DNA from: an uncultured Rikenellaceae bacterium
Lineage (GTDB): Bacteria; Bacteroidota; Bacteroidia; Bacteroidales; VadinHA17
Assembly: GCA_964421975.1 (NCBI GenBank)
Contig: CAYQZL010000004.1
Span: 818 to 64,817, forward strand
Direction of reading: 5' to 3'
DNA length: 64,000 nt
Shown: piece after piece, positions 1 to 8,416 of the stretch
How the letters are laid out: each line of letters begins with the position of its first letter
Numbering within the stretch: the stretch's first letter is position 1
Made by a program: the position numbers and the translations under genes
Notes under the pieces: generated by a model
Databases searched by the model: none
The model's input: only the letters and a program-made list of their open reading frames with translations
Told to the model about the DNA's origin: nothing

Positions 1-1083
1 CAGTTCATAGAAAGGTCCCATTTGTGAACCATCTTCAAGCGGACCGTCATTATATGAATTAAGTGCATCACCCGAATAAGGATCCTCCTGGATCTGCCAT
101 GCAGAATTTACATAACCGGTTTTACCTTCAGGCTGATCGCAGATAAGCAGTGTCAGAATATTGTTTGCAGAATCATAACTTCCCATTATACCCTTCGACC
201 TGAGAGGAGGAAGACCTATTTTCCCGCGACTTTTGCCATCACATCTGAAAAATATGTGATTTCCCTTTACTTTCAGCCTGTCGGGAGCGATCTTTCCGAA
301 GTAATTATCATTTACCGGAGGACCCATTATATTTGCATCTCCCGGATTGAAAGGGATGGCAACGATAACGGAAGGGGAGGGGGTGAACATACCTAACATC
401 CATACAGAGAGCAATCCTGTTTCTTTCTGCCATTCATTTGAACCTGTGTTGATGATGGTATTATCCGATCTGTAAGCAATAATATTCAGTCCTTCAGGAT
501 CTATGGCCGCCTGTTTCCTTATTGCATCATCTCCAAGGATCACAACTTCTCTTTCGAGCCTGAATCTGAGAGCTGTGCCGCTGTAATTGTCGACACCGGC
601 ATCACAGACGAAGAATGCCGATGTATCGGTCTGGTTTACAACTTCATAAGGATCTGTATCCAGAAATGATGGCGTCTGCCAGTTATCATAAACAAAATCA
701 TCCCCTTTTTTGAAAAAAATAGAGAACTGACCTCCTTCAGGCCCCAGCCATAATCTCTCTTCTCCTCCGAATGCATTTATATGAGGCTGAATGATCCCTG
801 ATTCAATAAGCTTATGGTTAATCCATCCGAAACTGAAACCCTTGTCTCCTTCAGCCGTACTTGTCATTACCCTGCCCTGCCATGCCGGAATGAGTACAAG
901 TGCCGAATTACCTTTTTTCAGTTCAATAACCTGAACATATTTTTTCAGGAAGTCGCGATTATAAGCATACTGACTTGCTGTATCTGTTGTCATATCATTT
1001 GGTTTTTGATTTTCATTCTTTGTTCTCCCGCCGCAGGAATAAATGAGCACAGGGATAATCAGAAAAATAATTAACCGTTTCAT
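1..1083 (-). CDS. Conserved hypothetical lipoprotein; its 3' end lies beyond the window edge
   Basis: The reverse-strand frame is open from the ATG (rc of cat at 1081-1083) to position 1, giving 361 codons with no stop. The N-terminus MKRLIIFLIIPVLIYSCGG looks like a signal peptide plus lipobox Cys. It is missing from the supplied ORF track because it has no stop inside the window. The + strand ORF 814..1074 is its low-complexity shadow. Confidence 0.6.
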   Translation of the reverse strand, partial: MKRLIIFLIIPVLIYSCGGRTKNENQKPNDMTTDTASQYAYNRDFLKKYVQVIELKKGNSALVLIPAWQGRVMTSTAEGDKGFSFGWINHKLIESGIIQPHINAFGGEERLWLGPEGGQFSIFFKKGDDFVYDNWQTPSFLDTDPYEVVNQTDTSAFFVCDAGVDNYSGTALRFRLEREVVILGDDAIRKQAAIDPEGLNIIAYRSDNTIINTGSNEWQKETGLLSVWMLGMFTPSPSVIVAIPFNPGDANIMGPPVNDNYFGKIAPDRLKVKGNHIFFRCDGKSRGKIGLPPLRSKGIMGSYDSANNILTLLICDQPEGKTGYVNSAWQIQEDPYSGDALNSYNDGPLEDGSQMGPFYEL

Positions 1084-1109
1084 AGGTCAGAATATTATAT
1101 ATTTCTTAA

Positions 1110-1188
1110 CTTAGTTAACCTTAGTGATTTTGTATATCAGTTATATATTAATTGACATAAATACCCGAAGACACTAAGATACACAAAG
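1110..1188. repeat. Weak 2+2 member of the word-hairpin family (CTTAGTt/CTTAGTG ... CACTAAG/CACAAAG)
   Basis: Words at 1110 and 1120 and at 1172 and 1182, with 10-bp spacing in each arm and a 45-nt loop. It lies in the divergent region upstream of rlmN. Confidence 0.5.
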
Positions 1189-1207
1189 AAATTTTTAATA
1201 TCTGAAA

Positions 1208-1215
1208 TAAATTTG
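1208..1215 (+). promoter_or_regulatory. Candidate Bacteroidota -7 promoter box (TAAATTTG) for rlmN
   Basis: Exact match to TAnnTTTG, 15 nt upstream of the ATG at 1230. Confidence 0.4.
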
Positions 1216-1229
1216 CACTACTTTCTGTA

Positions 1230-2246
1230 ATGGACAAAAGATATCTCTGCGGACTCAATCTTGAAGAGATCACTGATCTGATAAGACCAGGCGGGTATAC
1301 ACGCAGTCAGGCAGTTATTGTCGCAGGTATTCTGTACAGAAAAGGAGAATCAGGACTGATCCGGACAACACGGATCCCTGTCATGCTGAAGAAATTCCTG
1401 TTTGAAACTGCTTCCGCCGGGATCTATAGCCCGGTGAAATCGGAAAAATCAGTTGACGGTACCATAAAATATCTGTTTGCATCTCCTGATGGAAAGAAGT
1501 ATGAATCGGTATATATTCCTGAAGAAAAGCGCAAGACCGTATGCGTTTCCACACAGTCGGGATGCAGAATGGGATGCCCTTTCTGTGTTACTGCAGGATA
1601 TGGTTTTCATGGGAATCTTTCAGCAGGGGATATAGTAAACCAGGTACTCGCCAATCCGTTTCATGAAAAGATCACTCATGTGGTTTTCATGGGAATGGGA
1701 GAACCGATGGATAATCTTGATAATGTTCTGAAAGCTGTAAATATACTGACTGCTGAATGGGGTCTGGCAATCAGCAACAGGAATATCACAGTTTCGACTG
1801 TCGGGATAACATCGCAGGTGAAAAGATTTCTGCAGGAATCAGAATGCAACCTTGCACTTAGTCTCTATTCTCCTTTCCCCGGTGAAAGAATTAATGTCAT
1901 ACCAATTGAAAAAGCCTTTCCGGTGAAGGAAATAATCAGCTTTATGGCAGATTATCCCCTTAGGAAAAAAAGACGGCTCAGTATTGCATATATAATGATA
2001 AAAGGGATTAATGATACTGAAACTCACCTCACTGAACTTAAGAATATACTGGTCAATACCGGTATAAGAGTTAACCTGATGCCATATCATTCAGTGCAGG
2101 GTGATAAAGGAGAATCATCATCCGACGAGCGGATGCAGTATTTCAGGCATGATCTGATCATGGCAGGGATATCGGCTTCTGTGAGGAAGTCAAGGGGAGC
2201 TGATATTTCCGCTGCATGCGGATTACTGGCATCAGGGATGAGATAA
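1230..2246 (+). CDS. rlmN: 23S rRNA/tRNA (adenine-C2)-methyltransferase, radical SAM RlmN/Cfr family
   Basis: 338 aa. Radical-SAM CxxxCxxC motif (CRMGCPFC), GMGEPMDN, and the C-terminal DISAACGLL motif typical of RlmN. Confidence 0.85.
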   Translation: MDKRYLCGLNLEEITDLIRPGGYTRSQAVIVAGILYRKGESGLIRTTRIPVMLKKFLFETASAGIYSPVKSEKSVDGTIKYLFASPDGKKYESVYIPEEKRKTVCVSTQSGCRMGCPFCVTAGYGFHGNLSAGDIVNQVLANPFHEKITHVVFMGMGEPMDNLDNVLKAVNILTAEWGLAISNRNITVSTVGITSQVKRFLQESECNLALSLYSPFPGERINVIPIEKAFPVKEIISFMADYPLRKKRRLSIAYIMIKGINDTETHLTELKNILVNTGIRVNLMPYHSVQGDKGESSSDERMQYFRHDLIMAGISASVRKSRGADISAACGLLASGMR

Positions 2247-2251
2247 TCAGG

Positions 2252-2773
2252 TTAATGATTATTAACCAGCTGGAACATATATTCGTCCAGGTATCCGTCG
2301 GCTGTCTTCACCCAATCCTTTTTGATACCGATCTCTATAAATCCAATCTTTCTGAACAGGTCAATGCTTTCGCAGTTGTTTGCAAGGATATTACAGTAAA
2401 GCTGGTGCAGCTGAAGGGTATCGAAACAGTAAGCGATCAGGCATCTGAGTGCCATTGTTGCATAACCTTTTCTTCTCTGGTCTTCATCGGCAATCAGTAT
2501 ACCCATTCCGGCCCTGAGATGAAAAGGATCAAAATCAAAAATATCTATTGTCCCGATTGTCTGTTTTTTGTCAGTCAGGTCAATCATCAACCTCAGTTGC
2601 CCCGTTTCATAAATATTCTTGTGAGAGTTCTTGATATACCTTTTGAGAGTATATTTTGAGAACGGGGCAACTGTATTGCTGATGATCCAGTAGGAGTTAT
2701 TATTTTCCCATTCATAGAGCAGTTCCAGATCTTCCGGCTCAATAGCCCTCAATCTGATTTTTTCATATTTCAT
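2252..2773 (-). CDS. GNAT family N-acetyltransferase (RimJ/RimL-like)
   Basis: 173 aa. N-terminus IRLRAIEPEDLELLYEWENN and a QRRKGYATMAL acetyl-CoA-binding-type motif. Starts 27 nt downstream of the stop of paralog P1, on the same strand. Confidence 0.7.
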   Translation of the reverse strand: MKYEKIRLRAIEPEDLELLYEWENNNSYWIISNTVAPFSKYTLKRYIKNSHKNIYETGQLRLMIDLTDKKQTIGTIDIFDFDPFHLRAGMGILIADEDQRRKGYATMALRCLIAYCFDTLQLHQLYCNILANNCESIDLFRKIGFIEIGIKKDWVKTADGYLDEYMFQLVNNH

Positions 2774-2800
2774 ATATTGTCTTTACTGCTCCTGTTTCAG

Positions 2801-5032
2801 TTATTCTGTTTCGGTTATATATGCTTCGTTGTATCCTTTTCCTTTGACATAGTTCAGATACTTTTCAGCATCGGCTTTGTCGAAGAATACACCGATAATA
2901 TATTTCGTTTCTGTGCCTTCTTCTTTTGTCCTGATGACCAGTTTGCCACTCAGGTCAAGATTGCTGAAATAGCCTGAAGATAGCTTTTGAGGTGATTGTA
3001 TCAGTACGATATAGAATTTGTCAGTTGCAGGATTCACCAGTTCTTTTGGTGTTTCCGTATCATGTCTTATTATTACACCGGTACCGGGATCGATGACACC
3101 GATTGTTGCTCTTCTGTTGTATTTTCTTCCTTCAGGATTATCAGTACCGTTCCTGTTGGTATTGATTGCGGCAAAATTGGATTCACCGAATGCTCTCTTT
3201 ATCATTCTGTCTGCAGGGATACCCGATGCGGTGATATGATCAATAACTGACTGGGCCCTTTTGTCTGCAAGCTTTCTGTTATAGATTATGGTTCCGAGTG
3301 CATCTGTATAACCGGCGACTTCTATTTTAAGCTCGGGATAATTCCTGAGGATGGTCTTAAGGGTCTCCAGGCTCTCCTTAGCTTCGCTGTCAAGTGCATG
3401 GCTGTCGAATGCAAAAAGGACATTTTTTATCAGCAGGAATTCCCCTGTCACAGCTTTTTCAGGTATCAGAACCGGATTTACATTCATGTAATGATTCAGG
3501 AAATAAAGAGGAAGGCTCAGGTTCGTAGTATCGGTCCTGTATCCTATATGGCTTACTATCAGGTGATAATCGCCGGGTTTGAGGTCAAATTTGAATGATC
3601 CGTCATTGTTGACGGGGATAGTCTGAAGGACAGTTCCCTTTTTCAGTTCCTTAAGGATCATTTGTGCCTGTGACGGAGTTATATTCATACCGTCGCCCAG
3701 TTTGACAACCCCTTCAGTAACGGTTATCTCATCAGCGGGATCAACTCCGACAATAGCGTAAATATTCCTCGTTCCCGTCTTCTCATCATAGAGACTTGTA
3801 ATAAAGCCCGGAGCATTATTATTGAGATGGAAAAAGATATTATCATCCGTTGTGTTGAAAGCGAAAGGCATACCAACCGGCCTGTCCCAGTTCCCGAATC
3901 TGTTTATTGTTGATCTGAAAAGATCATATTTCCCCATACTCATATGTCCTACAGAACTGAAAAGAAGGGCATTATTATCAGGATCGAAGAATGGTGCATC
4001 TTCATCCTGTGCAGTATTTATAACATCTCCGAGGTTCACCGGTTCACCCCATGTTCCTGAAGCTGTTTTCTCGGATACCCATATATCCAGTTTGCCGAAA
4101 CCGCCGGGACGGTTACTTGAGAGATATAGTTTTGTTGCATCCGGAGTTATAAAACCATGTGATTCCCAGTAGATTGTATTGACCGGTTTCCCGAAATTCC
4201 TGATTTTTGTCCAGGTTTTTCCCTGTCTTTCGCTGAAATACAGGTTTCCGTCATTACCATCGTTTATATAGAGTACAAGAAAACGGCCATCACCCGAAAC
4301 AGAGTTTGTATATAGCCTTTCGAGACCTCCCAGTTGCTGGGTAATATCTTCCGGTTCTTCCCAGTTGCCGCTCTTATAGGCACACATGATACGGTTCTTA
4401 CCATCCACCCTTTGCGTAAAAACGAATACGGAATCATTTTTCGAAATAACCGGATTCATTGCTCCGGGGTAATTGCTGATCCATGGTGTAAACAGGTCGG
4501 GCAGAACTCTCACAGGTTTCTTTTTTGCTTCCATTGCATATCTGCAGTCTCTTATCTGCAGATCGTAATATTCCGCCATTTCAAGGTCTTCTTCGCTGTT
4601 ACCGAGTTTGTTTTTCAGGTCGTTAAATATTGAAAGAGCCTTTTCCAGGTTATTATTAAGGTGATATGCTTCTGCCAGGTAGCGGTAGGTATCCACCGGG
4701 GCTTTCTGACCTGTCTCTGTGTATTCCTTTTTGTTTGCTGCGACATTTTCAGAAGCAGATTCAAGAAGTTTCAGGGCTTCGGCTTTTTTACCGTCCATTT
4801 TCAGGTAGCACATCCCGAGCTTTGCCTGGATATTTGAATTATCAGGAAAAGCTTTCAGGATCGGTTCATACAGGGAAGCAGCTTTCTCATAATCGTTGTC
4901 GAAATAAAAGACAACATCGGCATTCTGAACGGATCTGGCAAAATCCTTCAGGGTGATCTCCTGCGAGCTCAGTGCAGTGAAACAGCTGATCAGCAGGATC
5001 AAACTTAAAATTCTCTTCGTTAAATGGGTCAT
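2801..5032 (-). CDS. Envelope protein P1: TPR + PD40/TolB-like propeller + CarboxypepD_reg-like + OmpA_C + SPOR-like C-terminus (paralog 1 of 4)
   Basis: 743 aa with a signal peptide. TPR core FPDNSNIQAKLGMCYLKM. Propeller blade ESHGFITPDATKLYLSSNRPGGFGKLDIWVS. OmpA_C motif FAFDSHALD...IEVAGYTDALGTIIYNRKLADKRAQSV...NRRATIGV. C-terminal FYIVL...YIIGVFFDKADAEKYLNYVKGKGYNEAYI resembles a SPOR domain. Confidence 0.8.
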   Translation of the reverse strand: MTHLTKRILSLILLISCFTALSSQEITLKDFARSVQNADVVFYFDNDYEKAASLYEPILKAFPDNSNIQAKLGMCYLKMDGKKAEALKLLESASENVAANKKEYTETGQKAPVDTYRYLAEAYHLNNNLEKALSIFNDLKNKLGNSEEDLEMAEYYDLQIRDCRYAMEAKKKPVRVLPDLFTPWISNYPGAMNPVISKNDSVFVFTQRVDGKNRIMCAYKSGNWEEPEDITQQLGGLERLYTNSVSGDGRFLVLYINDGNDGNLYFSERQGKTWTKIRNFGKPVNTIYWESHGFITPDATKLYLSSNRPGGFGKLDIWVSEKTASGTWGEPVNLGDVINTAQDEDAPFFDPDNNALLFSSVGHMSMGKYDLFRSTINRFGNWDRPVGMPFAFNTTDDNIFFHLNNNAPGFITSLYDEKTGTRNIYAIVGVDPADEITVTEGVVKLGDGMNITPSQAQMILKELKKGTVLQTIPVNNDGSFKFDLKPGDYHLIVSHIGYRTDTTNLSLPLYFLNHYMNVNPVLIPEKAVTGEFLLIKNVLFAFDSHALDSEAKESLETLKTILRNYPELKIEVAGYTDALGTIIYNRKLADKRAQSVIDHITASGIPADRMIKRAFGESNFAAINTNRNGTDNPEGRKYNRRATIGVIDPGTGVIIRHDTETPKELVNPATDKFYIVLIQSPQKLSSGYFSNLDLSGKLVIRTKEEGTETKYIIGVFFDKADAEKYLNYVKGKGYNEAYITETE

Positions 5033-6969
5033 TATCTTAGTACTTTTTTAATGAATATCTCGTCGGGATATCCTCTTCTGATCAGTTCAAGCCTCCATGC
5101 CTTTGCCTCATCCTGTGTACTGAACTGGCCGGTAGTGTACCTGTAAAATCTGTCCTTCTCATTAAACATTACTTTGATATCAGCAATGTACCTGAAATAA
5201 CTGATGTCAACAGGGTTATACAATGCCATCACCTGGACAGTATAGTATAGTACTCCCGGCTCGTCAGCGGAATCAGTTATATTGAGCACATTCAGGTTCC
5301 TTATGAGCATGCTTGAATCAACCGAAGCAACCGATGGTATTCCTGCCAGATTTATTCTTTCATACTCAGCTTCGATCAGTGAAGAGTCTCTCATTAGGAG
5401 TATATCACCCAGAGTTATAAGCAGATCGGGGCTGTCGGCTTTGATTGTGGTATCAATTGTCGATGGCAGGTATCCCTCTCCCGAGAAAACTATCCGGAAT
5501 TCTCCGGGAGCCACTGTAAGATTGTATGATCCTGATTGTTTGTCGGGAGATGTTCTGTAGAGTGTTTCTCCCGATGTTCTGTTAAGCACAGCCACATAAC
5601 AATTTTTCTCCCCTGCAGAAGTTGTATCATCAAGCCTTATCCGTCCTGTTATTTCATATATCTGATTCACATCAGGCCCGCTTAATCCAAGATAGAAAAT
5701 ATCTCTTTTCTTATAATCAGTTTTCATGGAATAATAAGCGTTGATCCCGTTGTTGGCAGGCTGGAAAAACTTGTCATCATCGGTTGAATTGACCGGTGAT
5801 CCCAGGTTCTCCGGCTTGTCCCATCCCGGGCCTGTTATCCGGCTTTTGAAATTATCGAATCCGCCCATCGAATTATGACCTTCCGAACAGAAATATAATA
5901 AGGAATCATTGGCTGTTATGAAAGGATTATCCTCGTTATATGCAGTATTTACCGTAACTCCCAGGTTAAGCGGAATACCCCAGTCGCCTGTGGCATCAAT
6001 TTCAGATACATAAATATCCAGTCCTCCCTGTCCGCCTTCCCTGTTACTTGTGAAATAAAGCTTCTTGCCGTCAGCAGACACGGATGCATGCGATTCATAG
6101 AATTTTGTATTTATATTCCTGTTGAGCCTGGTGATGGGTGTCCAGTTATCATTCACATATTTTGAAGAATAAATATTTCCGTCAAAATCATCATTCTTAT
6201 AGATGAAAAGTTCTGTTCCGTCATTATTGAGAGAGCATGTAGAGCAATCTTCTCCCGCGTTCAGCTGTTCGGTTATTTCAACCGGTGTCTGCCAGCGGCC
6301 TCTTATTCTTTTGGAGAAATAGATCACATTTACCAGTCCTCGTCTTTCAGTATAGGCAATTGTGTTTCCATCGAAACTTACAACGGGATTTTCATTCATG
6401 GATCCCTGACTGAATTCTTCTCCGAGCATACGTTTACTCAGAGGCACAGGATTTTCAGCATATGACCTTGCATTTTCGCAGGCCAGTATCTGCTGGTCGA
6501 CAAACGCAAGGTTTTCGATGCCGCCTTTTGATTCTGTTTCCTGTGCAAGTGTCTTGAACTGTCTGAAAGTGGCAAGGCTCTTCTCATATTCATTATTGAT
6601 CATATAGGCCCGGGCAAGATAAAACCATGCATCAAGAGGAGCTCTTTCTTCTTTCAGGGATTTCGTTTTTGCATTATAACTTGCGTTTTTGACCGCTTCC
6701 TCAAGATAGGGAACAGCCTTTTCCTTTTCATCCGGAATATTCAGATAACATGTCCCGATTTTGTACTTCAGATTCATGTTTTCCGGATCTTCCAGCAGTA
6801 TATAGAGCTGGTTTGCCAGATCATATTCCTCGTACAGATAATGAGCTTCAGCCTGTTTATAGAGTTCCCTGATCTCTTTTGCAGATTGAGAACAGACAAC
6901 AACAGGAATAAAAATCAGAGTTAACAGCTGAAGTTTTAGGATCCGTGAATTTACTCTGAAACTATTCAT
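5032..6969 (-). CDS. Envelope protein P2: TPR + PD40 propeller + CarboxypepD_reg-like + SPOR-like C-terminus (paralog 2 of 4)
   Basis: 645 aa with a signal peptide. TPR core NMNLKYKIGTCYLNI. Propeller blade ESHASVSADGKKLYFTSNREGGQGGLDIYVS. C-terminus YYTVQVMALYNP...YRYTTGQFSTQDEAKAWRLELIRRGYPDEIFI is SPOR-like. Its stop overlaps the P1 start (TAATG). Confidence 0.8.
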   Translation of the reverse strand: MNSFRVNSRILKLQLLTLIFIPVVVCSQSAKEIRELYKQAEAHYLYEEYDLANQLYILLEDPENMNLKYKIGTCYLNIPDEKEKAVPYLEEAVKNASYNAKTKSLKEERAPLDAWFYLARAYMINNEYEKSLATFRQFKTLAQETESKGGIENLAFVDQQILACENARSYAENPVPLSKRMLGEEFSQGSMNENPVVSFDGNTIAYTERRGLVNVIYFSKRIRGRWQTPVEITEQLNAGEDCSTCSLNNDGTELFIYKNDDFDGNIYSSKYVNDNWTPITRLNRNINTKFYESHASVSADGKKLYFTSNREGGQGGLDIYVSEIDATGDWGIPLNLGVTVNTAYNEDNPFITANDSLLYFCSEGHNSMGGFDNFKSRITGPGWDKPENLGSPVNSTDDDKFFQPANNGINAYYSMKTDYKKRDIFYLGLSGPDVNQIYEITGRIRLDDTTSAGEKNCYVAVLNRTSGETLYRTSPDKQSGSYNLTVAPGEFRIVFSGEGYLPSTIDTTIKADSPDLLITLGDILLMRDSSLIEAEYERINLAGIPSVASVDSSMLIRNLNVLNITDSADEPGVLYYTVQVMALYNPVDISYFRYIADIKVMFNEKDRFYRYTTGQFSTQDEAKAWRLELIRRGYPDEIFIKKVLR

Positions 6970-7021
6970 ATTAACAAATGTAGCGTTTTATAAATGGTAA
7001 TCCTGATGATTTCCGATTATT

Positions 7022-8296
7022 TTACTTAAATGTGATTTTATATATATCGTAATTTCCGGAACCTTCTGCTTCCTTGAAGATGGCATGATAACCTGACCTG
7101 CCATTTGCCGCAGGCATAAAGAAAATGTTGTCGTCCGGGGTATTAAGAGGATAACCGAGGTTTACAGGTTTGCTCCAGATATTGTTTGTCTGGAGCTCGG
7201 ATCTGAACAGATCATAACCTCCGATTGTAATATGTCCCTGTGAACTGAAGAACAATGTTTTTCCGTTATTTATCAGAAAGGCACGGTCTTCGTTAAGTTC
7301 TGTGTTGATCTCCGGTCCGAGGTTGACAGCAGGGCCCCAGTCACCGTTTATTTTCTTTGATACATACAGGTCAAGTCCTCCGTATCCGCCAGGGCGATCA
7401 GAAGAGAAGATCAGTTTTTCACCATCCTCTGTCATGAAACCATGTGATTCCCAGTATCTGGTGTTTATATTCCTGTTAAGCATTCTGCAGGCACTCCATG
7501 CTGTTCCGTCGAATGTACTGGAATATATGTCGCTGTTAAAGTCGTCATCTCTTGAAAGAAACAACATCTTGCCGTCAGAAGAGAGGCAAGAGATATACAT
7601 GTCACCATCTGACATCAGTTCGGGTGTTATATTGACCGGAGGGCTCCATCTGCCTCCGTTGAGCCGGGATACCATAACAGCATCATAGAACTTGAGTGAT
7701 ACCATGAATGCAAAGGTCCTGCCATCAGATGAAATGACAGGATTGAAATTAGCTTTCTCATCATTGAACAGGATTCCGAGATTCTCTTCAATATATGAGA
7801 CAGGTTTATTTATTAGTTCACCGGCAGTGACACATGATCTGATGTGCTGTTCAACGATGGAACGGTTCTCATGATCTTCCTCAAGGAGGGTACTCCCGAA
7901 CCTGACAAAAGCATCTTCCGCTTTATCAAACTGGTAGTTTATCAGATAGGCACATCCGAGATCATAAAGAGCATCGTATGGTGCTTCCTTCTGGGTAATG
8001 GTTCCCTCTTTGTGACTTGCAGAAAGAAACTTTACAGCGGCTTCAAGATATTCTACAGCCAGATTCTTTTTCCCTGTAATATTAAGATAGCAGGCTCCTG
8101 TTCTGTAAGCAATATTTGAATTGTCGGGGATCTTTTCATAGAGCTCAAGATAAATGGGAAGTGCGTCCTGGTAATCACCGCTCATGAAAAAATATTCAGC
8201 TTCGATGAAGCTGTCCTGAAGTGAATTTGTTGCCTGAGGGAACAGAATTAACGGAAAGAATACCCAAAACAAGGCGGATATTATTCTGCGGCGCAT
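7022..8296 (-). CDS. Envelope protein P3: TPR + PD40 propeller only (paralog 3 of 4)
   Basis: The track ORF 7022..8317 begins at a TTG. The ATG at 8296 gives the signal peptide MRRRIISALFWVFFPLILF. TPR core IPDNSNIAYRTGACYLNI. Propeller blade ESHGFMTEDGEKLIFSSDRPGGYGGLDLYVS. The protein ends directly after the propeller. Confidence 0.75.
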   Translation of the reverse strand: MRRRIISALFWVFFPLILFPQATNSLQDSFIEAEYFFMSGDYQDALPIYLELYEKIPDNSNIAYRTGACYLNITGKKNLAVEYLEAAVKFLSASHKEGTITQKEAPYDALYDLGCAYLINYQFDKAEDAFVRFGSTLLEEDHENRSIVEQHIRSCVTAGELINKPVSYIEENLGILFNDEKANFNPVISSDGRTFAFMVSLKFYDAVMVSRLNGGRWSPPVNITPELMSDGDMYISCLSSDGKMLFLSRDDDFNSDIYSSTFDGTAWSACRMLNRNINTRYWESHGFMTEDGEKLIFSSDRPGGYGGLDLYVSKKINGDWGPAVNLGPEINTELNEDRAFLINNGKTLFFSSQGHITIGGYDLFRSELQTNNIWSKPVNLGYPLNTPDDNIFFMPAANGRSGYHAIFKEAEGSGNYDIYKITFK

Positions 8297-8416
8297 AACT
8301 ACTGGTTTTTTTAACAAATTTAAAAAAAATGCCGGAAAATAACAACCAAAGGGTTATTTAACAGCCCTTCACGGGATAAACATCCGTGCCGGGCTGCAGG
8401 TAAAGTACCCCTCAGA

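Noticed and set aside
814-1074. 86-aa + strand ORF at the left end of the window
   Set aside because: It lies entirely inside the much longer open minus-strand frame (1-1083), which has a clear lipoprotein signal.
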